From a virus, in IMG/VR virus record IMGVR_UViG_3300035113_000077, positions 34,651-98,650 of that record: DNA of 64,000 bases. One strand, 5' to 3'. The notes beneath the pieces were generated by a model. That model had not been told where the DNA came from. It ran no database searches and saw only the letters and a list, made by a program, of their open reading frames with translations. How positions within the stretch are numbered: the stretch's first letter is position 1; the number at the start of each line of letters is the position of its first letter. Shown one piece after another: positions 49,732 through 58,864 of the stretch. A program made the translations under genes and the position numbers.

Positions 49732-50430
49732 TTAGAACTCTGTATCTCCATACTTAAAGTTCTTGTGATAAGCAAACGAATTAGGTTCTTTTCGCAAATA
49801 CTCATCTGTTGGTAACAACTTACCATTCTCAACATAAGAGCCTTCACCACCAATAAAACAATAACCCGGATCAGGTTCTTTGTATAAAGATAATTCAACA
49901 TTTTTCGTTTCCGTATCTTGCATTGCACATGCACAATAAGGAATACCTTTAAATTCGATTGTCCCCCAAACTGTCAATTCTTGATTTCCAGCTTTAATCA
50001 TTTTTTGATGCTCTTTTTCAGATCGCCAATTGTCACGACTATGACGATTCACTTTCATTTTGTGTTTACCAATTTGCAAAAATTGGTCAATCTTAACATT
50101 TTCAATTGTTGTTTTCATTTTTCCTCCTACGCAAAAATAAGGACTTTTTCAAGTCCAGTAGTCACAAATTCTACCTAAGAATATTATAGTAAAAACTCAT
50201 GATTACGTCAATGGTTATTTTTCACCCATTTTAATTGGATCAAATAGAGTATATTGATCTACCCACCCAATCCAAGACGTTGTTCCATTTTCAAATTGCT
50301 TCATCACTTTACGCTTTGGAGCTGCCATCGAATTGTTCTTTTTCATAAATACTGGTTGAATGATTAGTCTATCCATCCCATCAGCAGTTAATCGAAGCAT
50401 TGCAAATTTCTTCTCATAATCATCTGCCAT
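49732..50430 (-). CDS. two early hypothetical genes (49732-50118, 50215-50430)
   Basis: GGAGG / GGAG RBSs. Confidence 0.6.
50183..50211 (-). promoter_or_regulatory. strong sigma70-type early promoter
   Basis: TTGACG-17nt-TATAAT. Confidence 0.85.
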
Positions 50431-50439
50431 ACTTACTCC

Positions 50440-51060
50440 TTAAAGAATGTCTCCAGCACCAGCAACACTAATTGTCGCCGGCACTGAATTAGCTAGATCA
50501 TTGTTAAACCACAGCAACAGAGCATCGAAGTGATATCCACTATTAAATACTAATGGTTGGCCTGATGCTCCTTCAAATGGAATTGCAATTGGAACTGAGT
50601 GTGATGCTTGCATTTTGGACATGTGCAAAATTTCTTTCTGTCCGTTGTCGATTGCATAGAGCCACGTTACTATGCTCGTTGCATTGTTTGTCCACGGTTC
50701 CAATCCAACATTTCCACGAAGATTAACGATCGTACCTACATGAGGTACAAAAATAGGGCATCCAGAAAGCGTTGGGTCGTCGATCAATGCAACTAATCCA
50801 ATCTCCAGAGTAAATGACATCGAGTGTGGCCACATATAAACGTCACCTTGGCAATAACCAAGTTCTTTTCCATTTGCATCTTTAATGTGATGAACCCAGT
50901 GGCAATTGTCTCCACCAGTTACTGGGCCACAAGTCAAAGGAACTTCAGGGCCAATCGTTGGCGGAGCAGTTGAGCTTGCCTGCACAGATGAAACACCGCC
51001 GCAGCCAGTCATTAACATCACTGCGATCAAGATATAAGCGATTGCTGAATTGATTTTCAT
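50440..51060 (-). CDS. lipoprotein
   Basis: MKINSAIAYILIAVMLMTGC lipobox; start reset by RBS. Confidence 0.75.
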   Translation of the reverse strand: MKINSAIAYILIAVMLMTGCGGVSSVQASSTAPPTIGPEVPLTCGPVTGGDNCHWVHHIKDANGKELGYCQGDVYMWPHSMSFTLEIGLVALIDDPTLSGCPIFVPHVGTIVNLRGNVGLEPWTNNATSIVTWLYAIDNGQKEILHMSKMQASHSVPIAIPFEGASGQPLVFNSGYHFDALLLWFNNDLANSVPATISVAGAGDIL

Positions 51061-51098
51061 TTTATTTCTCCTCAAGATTAGTTTTTGTTTTTGTAGGT

Positions 51099-51680
51099 TT
51101 ACTTTACTTTAGACTTCGTCTTAACTGATCTTCCTTCAACTTTGGCTGCCAACTTTTTAAGTCGACGAAGTTCGTAGCGTGTACATTTTTTATTGTTGTC
51201 TGCAATATGAAGAAATTTCATTTCAGAAGCAGTAAACGTTTCGTCTAACTTTTCTATATCAACTGAAAGTATTTTCTTCAATATTGTTTTTGCTCTTTGA
51301 TGTAAGGGCTTTACTGTTTTCAATCCTTTCTTTTTGTGGCTCAACGTCATTTCATGTTTGCCATGGCAAGGGCGATGCACTAAAGATTTATTTCCACAAA
51401 TAGCAAAAATCAAATCTGGAGTAAATCGTTCTTTTAACACTTTGTGAGCTGTTAAATTATTCATCAAATACTTTCCAGAATTGTCACGATGCTTGCCATT
51501 GCGGTGGTGCGTAGTCAATTTCAGATTCTTCAATGGTGAATGAGTTTTGTTGCCAAATACTTTGTCTGCAAGCTTTGGATCGAGCAAAGGCAATCCACAA
51601 AACTCACAACACACAAGAGGTAGCAGAAAGTGAGCTACCTCTCGCAATGCACGAATTTCAGTTTTTGTGCTATTTCTCAT
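51099..51680 (-). CDS. degenerate HNH-like / Zn-binding protein
   Basis: CEFC...LTTHHRNGKHRDN...LVHRPCH..H. Confidence 0.55.
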   Translation of the reverse strand: MRNSTKTEIRALREVAHFLLPLVCCEFCGLPLLDPKLADKVFGNKTHSPLKNLKLTTHHRNGKHRDNSGKYLMNNLTAHKVLKERFTPDLIFAICGNKSLVHRPCHGKHEMTLSHKKKGLKTVKPLHQRAKTILKKILSVDIEKLDETFTASEMKFLHIADNNKKCTRYELRRLKKLAAKVEGRSVKTKSKVK

Positions 51681-52224
51681 ATGGGTACACTAAGTACTTT
51701 TTAATTATCTGAAGTATTTCTTTGTTTACATCAGCAGCAGCATCAGCAGCAGCACGAGCAGCAGCATAAGCAGCATAAGCAGCAGCATCAGCAGCAGCAC
51801 GAGCATCAGCAGCAGCACGAGCAGCAGCATAAGCAGCAGCATCAGCAGCATCAGCAGCAGCACGAGCAGCAGCATCAGCAGCAGCACGAGCAGCAGCATC
51901 AGCAGCATAAGCAGCAGCATCAGCAGCATAAGCAGCATCGTTAGTCGGATTTTCTATCCAAAATTCCGCTGCTTCAATTGCTTTAAGTGGCCTCAGTTCA
52001 TTTTCAGGAACAAACTTCAGAACCAATCGAGCAATTTGGCAAGCAACAATAACAAATTGCTTTTTGTCGTTCTTGTTTGTTCTACCAGCCCACCAAAAGA
52101 TCCAATCAATTCTTTCACATTCATTCCAACATTGTTGAGGAGTCTTATCAGATGCCCAAATTCTAGCACCTTCACAAGCACCCAAAGTCTTAAGATGAGT
52201 TTGTAGTTCTGTTAACTTTTTCAT
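51670..52224 (-). CDS. Imm5-like protein with Ala-rich repeat
   Basis: GACEG..W, ERIDWIFW, ARLVL..ELRPLKAIEAAE.W then AAYAADAAARAA repeats. Confidence 0.65.
   Translation of the reverse strand: MKKLTELQTHLKTLGACEGARIWASDKTPQQCWNECERIDWIFWWAGRTNKNDKKQFVIVACQIARLVLKFVPENELRPLKAIEAAEFWIENPTNDAAYAADAAAYAADAAARAAADAAARAAADAADAAAYAAARAAADARAAADAAAYAAYAAARAAADAAADVNKEILQIIKKYLVYPYEK
51729..51938. repeat. imperfect GCA tandem repeat encoding poly-Ala with D/R/Y interruptions
   Basis: Units gcagcatca, gcagcacga, gcagcataa. Confidence 0.95.
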
Positions 52225-52372
52225 TGTAAGTCTATCCCTTCTGTCCTTTCAGCTGCCAACTTTTGCATCGATGGTTCAGGATTGTAAAGATCAACATACT
52301 TGATGATCTTATCTGTGAAATGGTCGATGGCTTTCAATTGTGTTTTCCAGAATTGATCTTCAGTTCGAATTT

Positions 52373-53154
52373 TCATGGCTTATCCTTTATAGGAATTTCA
52401 TTCACAGGGCCAAGTAAATGAGCAAAAACTTTTCCTGTTCGTGAATTAAAACCAACACCATTCACTTTAACAAAGTTAAGAGCATCATCTTCGGATGAGG
52501 CAAATATATGAATCGTTGTTGGTTTCCAACCAGGATACAAAGTATACCATACTTCAAACTTTTTATTTTCCATGTTTAGAACCTCCAGATTCTGCCAGTA
52601 TTGTTCTGTCCACGATTGTCAGCTTTCGGAATGTACGAAGGCAACGGCTGAGCTGCCAACTTTTCACGATCAAACTGAGATGCATGAGTTACACCAGTTC
52701 TACGGCCATGGCGAACTGCATAGTTAATTCGCTGGGCATCGTAGGCCATCATCGCAACCATTGAGAACTTTGAATTTTCGTTGGTCATAATTTTCTCCAA
52801 AAGATTAGGTTGATTGTTTAGAGTGGTCTGTATAAAGAATTATACAGATTTTAATGCAATTTCTAAATCTTTTCTGACTTGCTCTTCATCTTTCACGTTT
52901 TGAAAATCTTCGAAAGAGAAACAACCATCAATGCAAGCTGAAAAATTCAGAACATTCAAAAAGTACCAACTTGCATATTCAGAATTGTTAACAATAAGAT
53001 GAGTTTGGCAACTCATCAAATTTTTTGCATGAGCAGGAACCTCATCTACTGTTAATGGAAGTGTAAAGGTTCGAAAGTAATGGCCATCAAAGTTGCCTTT
53101 GTAACAAACTGCAACATATCTACGAGTTGGCGATACAACTTTAGTTGTTAACAT
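52373..53154 (-). CDS. three small early genes (52373-52573, 52576-~52788, 52840-53154)
   Basis: GGAG / GGAGG RBSs. Confidence 0.55.
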
Positions 53155-53172
53155 TTTTTAATCCTCCCGTTC

Positions 53173-53199
53173 AAGTCTACTGTCACACTCAGTAGACTT
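53173..53199. other. perfect 10-bp inverted repeat (processing site or terminator)
   Basis: AAGTCTACTG-7nt-CAGTAGACTT, intergenic. Confidence 0.6.
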
Positions 53200-53217
53200 T
53201 GGCTTGAAGATTAACTT

Positions 53218-53682
53218 CTAGGCCGCCAACTTCATGCCATCTGATTTCACAACCAGCTTCAGGTTGCGTTGCTTTGCCCACAAAGCAACTTGAGCTGTCT
53301 TCTGCTTTATCCGTTTTGCAACTTTGGCATCGGTGAAGCCAAGCTTCTTCACTGCATGTTTAATTGCAGAGATGCTCACTGTTTTGCCTTTGTTTTTCAG
53401 AAGCAGGTTGATCATCGTTGCACGAGTTGTCTTTCCACGAACGGCTGCCAACTTTGAACTCGATTTTGAGCTGGATGAAGATTTTGCTGAGCTGCGGTTT
53501 GTAGCTTTTTTCACAACTTCTCCTTTTAATTTTTTGATGTGGATGCAGTTTTTCCAAATTTTAAAGCCGATGCACGAACAGGTTAAACTTTTGCCCACTC
53601 GATACTGCTTGTGAACGACATCTGGATGTGAGGAGCTTTTTGCTCTACCCACTAGAACTTTTTTAAGTTTCATTTTCATCAC
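53218..53682 (-). CDS. SWIM-type Zn finger plus basic wHTH-like protein
   Basis: CSC.GF....CIH; Ser-rich linker; LLKNKGKTVSI. Confidence 0.65.
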   Translation of the reverse strand: MMKMKLKKVLVGRAKSSSHPDVVHKQYRVGKSLTCSCIGFKIWKNCIHIKKLKGEVVKKATNRSSAKSSSSSKSSSKLAAVRGKTTRATMINLLLKNKGKTVSISAIKHAVKKLGFTDAKVAKRIKQKTAQVALWAKQRNLKLVVKSDGMKLAA

Positions 53683-53713
53683 CTCAAGATTAGTTAATTG
53701 TTTTGGAAAAGTT

Positions 53714-53866
53714 TTACTTCAGAGCTGCCAACTTTTTGGCAATTTCAAGTTTGATTTGCCGTTTATCTTTTGCAACAATTCCGTAAGCTTCATCTGCAAA
53801 TCTCAATTCATCTTTAACAGCTTTCACACAACGATCAACGACTTCTTTCATTTCAGAAGCTCTCAT
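53714..53866 (-). CDS. first early gene, small hypothetical protein
   Basis: GAGGT RBS before MRASEM. Confidence 0.55.
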   Translation of the reverse strand: MRASEMKEVVDRCVKAVKDELRFADEAYGIVAKDKRQIKLEIAKKLAALK

Positions 53867-53956
53867 TTTAACCTCTTTGAATTTGTTGGATTTTAGAAGG
53901 CCCACGCCAGTTAAGGGTTTCAAGTGAACCGGTAGGCATATCTTCCACCTAGGAAT

Positions 53957-53985
53957 ATTATAGGAAACTCAGGGGTCGATTGCAA
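53957..53985 (-). promoter_or_regulatory. strong sigma70-type early promoter with AT-rich UP region
   Basis: TTGCAA-17nt-TATAAT; downstream ATTCCTAGGTGGAA matches the 50183 promoter (ATTCTTAGGTAGAA). Confidence 0.8.
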
Positions 53986-54082
53986 GGATTATTTTCTGTT
54001 ATTTTTAGTACGAAGAAAAAGCGAAGCTTATTTGAAGGTTTTTTTTAAATCTGCTGGAATATCACTTTAGAGCTGCCAACTT

Positions 54083-55849
54083 TTAGGACACAGATTCCAT
54101 CTCTTCCTCTTCGTCTTCTACTGTTCCATATACGTGGGCTCGCCAAGTCAAGGGGTCTAGGTACCCAAGAACGATAAGTCGTGTAATGTGAGCAACACTC
54201 GTGGCAAAGACCATGTCATCAAAATGTCCTTCCATTGCTGCCGGTCTGCCCGTTTCATCATATATGAATGTAAAACACTCCTGTACGAAAGTTATGTCCC
54301 AAATTAATTCTGGATGATGCCGTACAAACCACGCCGCTTTATTGAGTAGAATTTTTCGAGTCTTATTTGTTGTTGGCCATCCTTCGAACTCTGCCCACTT
54401 CCTCTTATCGACATTCTTATCTCTTTTCCACCACTCTTTGTGTCGATAAATATTTCCGTAGCCTAGTTCTCTAGCAGCAAGAATTACTGTTCCACCATGG
54501 TTATTTCTTTCGATTGCGAGCAATGCATCATTGTAGTGCTGGCAAATTTCCACAGCATCAGCAGCTGCATCTTCAGGAGCTAATCTTGCCCGATATGCTA
54601 AACACTCTTCACCGGTTTCTCTGTCGATTAATTTGCCACATGTCCAATCACCCACTTCTGTTCCTGCCTGAATAATTCCTTTGCCCTCTGCAGGGTCCAT
54701 TCCAAAGATATAATTACGACCTCTACGTGGCTTCTGGAAAATTGTCACTTCACCATTGCGTTCGATATCTAATGGCTTATAAACTTGAAGCTCTGCAATC
54801 CTTGCTGCAAGCACTTCCTGATCAAAGAATAAACGACCAGACGTTAAGAAGCACGTTGTAGAATCTTCAGGATACTTCTCTTTGAAGTTGTGGCGTAGCG
54901 AAACCATCTTCTTTCTGCGCCATGTCATTTGCTCTAAATCTAAATTGAATAATTGCTGCTTGCGTCTTTCTTCTTCATTTAGTTCTTCTTCTGTTAAAAC
55001 ATTATCTATAATTCTATATTCATCATGCCAAAACCACGGATGGAAGTGAGCAACAAATTCACAATCTTTTCCACCTTGTTCTGCTCTTTTATATTCTTCA
55101 TAATAATATCCACCCATTCCATTAGGAGTTGATTCGATATCATGGGTTCCACCAGCAGCTAAGGCTTCCTTCACGTTGGCCATTGTCTCTTCAGGATTCC
55201 CAGGCCATCTCGCAGTTTCTGTGCAAACAAGATGTTGCAAAGTGAACCCCTGCCCTGCCTCTTCCACCTCTGCTGATTCAATATTAACTCTGGAATCAAT
55301 CTGATCGAAGATTAATTCTTTCTTTGTTGATGCTGATGTATGAAGTAAATTCTGAAGCAATTGCCTATGTAGAACATTTATTTCATCATTCCAAGGGTCT
55401 AGGCATCCAACGTATCTATGGGCTCTTTTCAGAATGCTAAAATGCATTGCTGCATAATGATGATTCTGAGATACGAGCATCCCAGTTGTTCCTGGTTCTA
55501 AAAACGATGGAAGATATAAACGAGTATTAATAAAGAACGTGGTATATCCAGCTTGGCGAGGCTTATTGCAGATATTCTTTAGCCCCATCTTCTTATCTAA
55601 ATCACGTTGGATGCGATTAAATTTGAAGGGAACTAAACGACGATTCCAGTGTGCTGTTGGAAGAACTTGAACTGTATCTGGTTCGGGGTTCTTGCGAAGA
55701 ATCCAAAGAAGATTTTGAGCTACATACTTACGACCATAAACTCGATACATCGCTTGAAGAGCTTCAAGCTGCATTCGAACAATGCCTTGATCTGGGTCAC
55801 CTAATTTTCTGCCTTTTATTAGAGTTAATGGCACACAATAATTCCTCAA
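54083..55849 (-). CDS. terL: terminase large subunit
   Basis: KPRQAGYTT, VCTETARW, IESTPNG, GMDPAEG, IERNNHG, HFDDMVFA. Confidence 0.92.
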   Translation of the reverse strand: MRNYCVPLTLIKGRKLGDPDQGIVRMQLEALQAMYRVYGRKYVAQNLLWILRKNPEPDTVQVLPTAHWNRRLVPFKFNRIQRDLDKKMGLKNICNKPRQAGYTTFFINTRLYLPSFLEPGTTGMLVSQNHHYAAMHFSILKRAHRYVGCLDPWNDEINVLHRQLLQNLLHTSASTKKELIFDQIDSRVNIESAEVEEAGQGFTLQHLVCTETARWPGNPEETMANVKEALAAGGTHDIESTPNGMGGYYYEEYKRAEQGGKDCEFVAHFHPWFWHDEYRIIDNVLTEEELNEEERRKQQLFNLDLEQMTWRRKKMVSLRHNFKEKYPEDSTTCFLTSGRLFFDQEVLAARIAELQVYKPLDIERNGEVTIFQKPRRGRNYIFGMDPAEGKGIIQAGTEVGDWTCGKLIDRETGEECLAYRARLAPEDAAADAVEICQHYNDALLAIERNNHGGTVILAARELGYGNIYRHKEWWKRDKNVDKRKWAEFEGWPTTNKTRKILLNKAAWFVRHHPELIWDITFVQECFTFIYDETGRPAAMEGHFDDMVFATSVAHITRLIVLGYLDPLTWRAHVYGTVEDEEEEMESVS

Positions 55850-55898
55850 CTAGAATTTTGTGATACCAATAACTCTTCATCTGATAATTAAATTTCTT

Positions 55899-56459
55899 TT
55901 ACACACCACTTAATGTCTTTGATTCTTTTGGATAGATAACAAAATTCTTTGAAAGAACTTTAAATGCTTCAAATGGATTTACTTTCTTTGGAAGTAAAAC
56001 TGTTTTATGAAGTAAATTCCAGAATTCTCCTTGAATAGCTTTTTCTGAATAGTTCAGCTTTGAAAATATATGGCCACTATCCATGATTCCATCTTCACCA
56101 AAGAAATTTGTAAATCCTTCTTTTACCATTCTAAATTCTTGTTCAGATGAAAATGAAAACGGTTGACCTGCATAATGCTGGAACAAAACATGATCACCAA
56201 CTTCTAAAGCAGTCTTAATTTTTAAGTGGTCTGCCTTCCATAATTTCACTACAACACCTTCTAGTGTTACTTTGTTCTGATGTTTTTCATCACCTGGAAC
56301 CCATAGAGAACCAATTCTCTGTTCACGTGGTAGTACATATACAAGCACCCACGGAAATTTAGGATACCAATTTCCATAGTCCGGATGAAATTCATTATGT
56401 AACTCAGCAGATAACAATGCAATCTTCTTCTTTATTTCTTGTATTCTCGTTGCCATCAT
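55899..56459 (-). CDS. GroES/Cpn10-like co-chaperonin with extensions
   Basis: P..PWVLV....RIGSLWVP....EGVVV...LEVGDHVLFQHYAG. Confidence 0.75.
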   Translation of the reverse strand: MMATRIQEIKKKIALLSAELHNEFHPDYGNWYPKFPWVLVYVLPREQRIGSLWVPGDEKHQNKVTLEGVVVKLWKADHLKIKTALEVGDHVLFQHYAGQPFSFSSEQEFRMVKEGFTNFFGEDGIMDSGHIFSKLNYSEKAIQGEFWNLLHKTVLLPKKVNPFEAFKVLSKNFVIYPKESKTLSGV

Positions 56460-56463
56460 ATCC

Positions 56464-56766
56464 TCAAATAATAAGTTTTTTATTCGGTAAAAGCAATCCT
56501 GACCCTTGTTCTTGTGTCTTCATAGAGAAGATGCCGAAGCTCTTAACAACTACTTCCTTCATAACGAATTGATGTGGAGTTCCACATCCAGTACAACACT
56601 GAGGATTTTCGTGAATGAATATTGCCATTGAATAAGTTGCTTGATTATTTATTTCCATTCTTGGCATTATAAATGCATTCTTTGTCCCACACTTTTTGCA
56701 TTCAAAGTCAATTGAATTTCCAGTTTCACCAACATCAATAAAATTCTGTTCACCATTTCCACTCAT
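56464..56766 (-). CDS. Zn-ribbon protein
   Basis: CKKC...CTGC; ATGA coupling with queE. Confidence 0.55.
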   Translation of the reverse strand: MSGNGEQNFIDVGETGNSIDFECKKCGTKNAFIMPRMEINNQATYSMAIFIHENPQCCTGCGTPHQFVMKEVVVKSFGIFSMKTQEQGSGLLLPNKKLII

Positions 56767-57491
56767 CGCACACCCCAAATTTTCTGTGATTGTTGAGTAA
56801 TTCTCCAAGTTGGATGTCTCTCAGCTATTTCTTTGCATTTATCCATATTTGATTTATCTAAAAAATCAATTCCATTGATTGAAGATAGCCAAATGATACA
56901 ATCATCTTTTGCAAAACTAACTAGTGCTTCTGCTTTTTGTTCATCAAATTTATCATCAACTAGAAGTTTTATTTCATTTGCTAGCATAGCCATTTTCATT
57001 TTACAGTTAAATTTTGGGCTAACTGTAAACCAAAGATTATAATGACCATGAGTGAATCTAGGAATTTTTGTTCCACTAGTTTCAATATGTATCTTTGCTA
57101 TGATTTTACTTTTATATAATAAATCAAAAAATTCTTCTAAATCATGAATTAAAGGTTCTCCACCAGTTATACAAATATGTTCTACACCTACTGGGATTCT
57201 TTTTATAATTTCTTCTGCTGTTAATCTTTCTTTAACTCTAAAATCAGTATCACATAAAAACTTACGACCATCCCATGATGTGCACTCTTCTTGCCAGATA
57301 GGGATGTTTCCATATTCTTCAGTATCTTTACCAGTACTTTCAGATATAAAAGAATCTTTTACTTTATCAATTGGTTTACCAACATTACATCCAGCAAATC
57401 TAACGAAACACATTCTGACGCCAGAAAATAATCCTTCGCCTTGCCAACTAGTAAATATTTCACTTATTGGATATTTCTTTTCTTCACTCAT
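56763..57491 (-). CDS. queE: 7-carboxy-7-deazaguanine synthase (radical SAM)
   Basis: ISEIFTSWQGEG..SG..FVRFAGCN...CDTDF, ITGGEPL, IETSG, TVSPK. Confidence 0.93.
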   Translation of the reverse strand: MSEEKKYPISEIFTSWQGEGLFSGVRMCFVRFAGCNVGKPIDKVKDSFISESTGKDTEEYGNIPIWQEECTSWDGRKFLCDTDFRVKERLTAEEIIKRIPVGVEHICITGGEPLIHDLEEFFDLLYKSKIIAKIHIETSGTKIPRFTHGHYNLWFTVSPKFNCKMKMAMLANEIKLLVDDKFDEQKAEALVSFAKDDCIIWLSSINGIDFLDKSNMDKCKEIAERHPTWRITQQSQKIWGVR

Positions 57492-57492
57492 C

Positions 57493-57936
57493 TTATTTAT
57501 CCTTCCTCTTTTGAAATATTGGTTCCCTAAGTTTTCGTCTAGCAACTTTCTTTGATGACTCATTGTCAGCCGTCGGATAGACAACTTTTTCTTGATCTAT
57601 TTCTTCTACTCTATTCTTTCCAAAGCCCAAAGCAGTAACGGTATTGACTATCATATCTAATAGATTGAATTTCTTCTTTGGCTTAGCCATTTGCTCAATA
57701 GTCATATTCGCATCTGGCGATCCAAATATCTCTCTAAGTAATTCTTCCTGTGGATTAAGTACTTCCGGTCTAGGTAATCCTTGTTCGCACCAGTAACATA
57801 TTGCCGATGAATATCCATTATAAGAAGTCTTACAAATGAAGTATCCACATCTCCGGCAGTGTATATTGACGGATCCATCTAGATTTCTTATTCTAATTCT
57901 TGATGGATCAGTTTCTGGCGAATCCCTAAAGGGCAC
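57493..57936 (-). CDS. Zn-finger hypothetical protein
   Basis: CRRC...CYWC. Confidence 0.55.
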   Translation of the reverse strand: MPFRDSPETDPSRIRIRNLDGSVNIHCRRCGYFICKTSYNGYSSAICYWCEQGLPRPEVLNPQEELLREIFGSPDANMTIEQMAKPKKKFNLLDMIVNTVTALGFGKNRVEEIDQEKVVYPTADNESSKKVARRKLREPIFQKRKDK

Positions 57937-58600
57937 TTAGCATCCTCTCCAGTACTCGATATACAATGTGTAAATTACTATCAAATGATTCTATACCTTC
58001 ACCACAAAGCATACTATATCTAAGGTTTGAATGCTTCGATAAAAATTCTTTTGGGTATTCATTTAAATTATACAGTTCTAATACAGCTTTATTTTCACAA
58101 GCAGCTAAATACGTTGCTACTGATCTAGTGCCACAAAGAATTTTAGCAGAATCAAAAGTTGATGTAGTAACATTTACTTTAGTCTTAATACTATCAATAA
58201 ATTCAAATGCTTTACTGCTCCAAGGAATTATGCACAGATCATATTTTATTTCTTTACTAGGAATTGCAACTAATTCATTTACTTGTTCTAATCCGATCAT
58301 GGCCCCAAAGCAATTAGCAGCATGTCTATGATTGCTTCTCCCCATGTCAATTGCACTTTCATCATCTAAATCCATTACTAAATCAAATTTCACTTCAGCA
58401 AAATCTTCAAGCTTATTTGATATAAATACCATTGAAGGAATAATTAAGTTCGTTAGCCAGTTCTCTTCCATCAACATGAACGTTTGAAATGGCAATTTCA
58501 TTCTACGAAGCTTATTTTCGTAAGTAGAAACTGCTGCCCACGCTGCTACTAGAAGTTCTTCACCTTTAGGCATCTTGAATAATATGTTATATGTTCTCAT
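57926..58600 (-). CDS. degenerate GT9-like glycosyltransferase
   Basis: ILCGTRSVATYLAACENKAVLELY parallels the GT9 xIxxDSGxxHLAA..P.V.L motif. Confidence 0.45.
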   Translation of the reverse strand: MRTYNILFKMPKGEELLVAAWAAVSTYENKLRRMKLPFQTFMLMEENWLTNLIIPSMVFISNKLEDFAEVKFDLVMDLDDESAIDMGRSNHRHAANCFGAMIGLEQVNELVAIPSKEIKYDLCIIPWSSKAFEFIDSIKTKVNVTTSTFDSAKILCGTRSVATYLAACENKAVLELYNLNEYPKEFLSKHSNLRYSMLCGEGIESFDSNLHIVYRVLERMLSAL

Positions 58601-58860
58601 CAGCTTATCACTGTTGAATCAAGAGGAACTTTAATTTTTTCATTGATACACATCGGACACCACTTATGAGGTTCGCCGGTTTCTTCATTTTTCATAAATT
58701 CTATTAAATGCTTAGCTCTAAACAACCCATGCTTAGGGCACTCGTACATCGGTTCTCTTGGACTAGACTTTACTTCTAACTTTGATTCTATAATCAAAAA
58801 CAACAAATATAGTAGCGCCGATCCAATAAAGCATAAAACAATTATCAATTCAATATGCAT
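58600..58860 (-). CDS. membrane-anchored Zn-finger protein
   Basis: N-terminal TM; CPKH...CPMC. Confidence 0.55.
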   Translation of the reverse strand: MHIELIIVLCFIGSALLYLLFLIIESKLEVKSSPREPMYECPKHGLFRAKHLIEFMKNEETGEPHKWCPMCINEKIKVPLDSTVIS

Positions 58861-58864
58861 ATCG

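Larger units (their letters stand above)
43529..54083 (-). repeat. dispersed, polarised 12-bp motif AAAGTTGGCAGC (10 copies)
   Basis: +strand GCTGCCAACTTT at 43529, 48229, 51145, 52252, 52652, 53444, 53724, 54072; variant GCCGCCAACTTC at 49541, 53222. Confidence 0.9.

Noticed and set aside
51726-51938. Poly-Leu/Met membrane protein ORF
   Set aside because: Alternate frame of the GCT repeat inside the Ala-rich gene
48229-54083. CRISPR array interpretation of the 12-bp repeats
   Set aside because: Repeats are too short, spacing is irregular (0.2-1.6 kb), most are inside genes, and there are no cas genes
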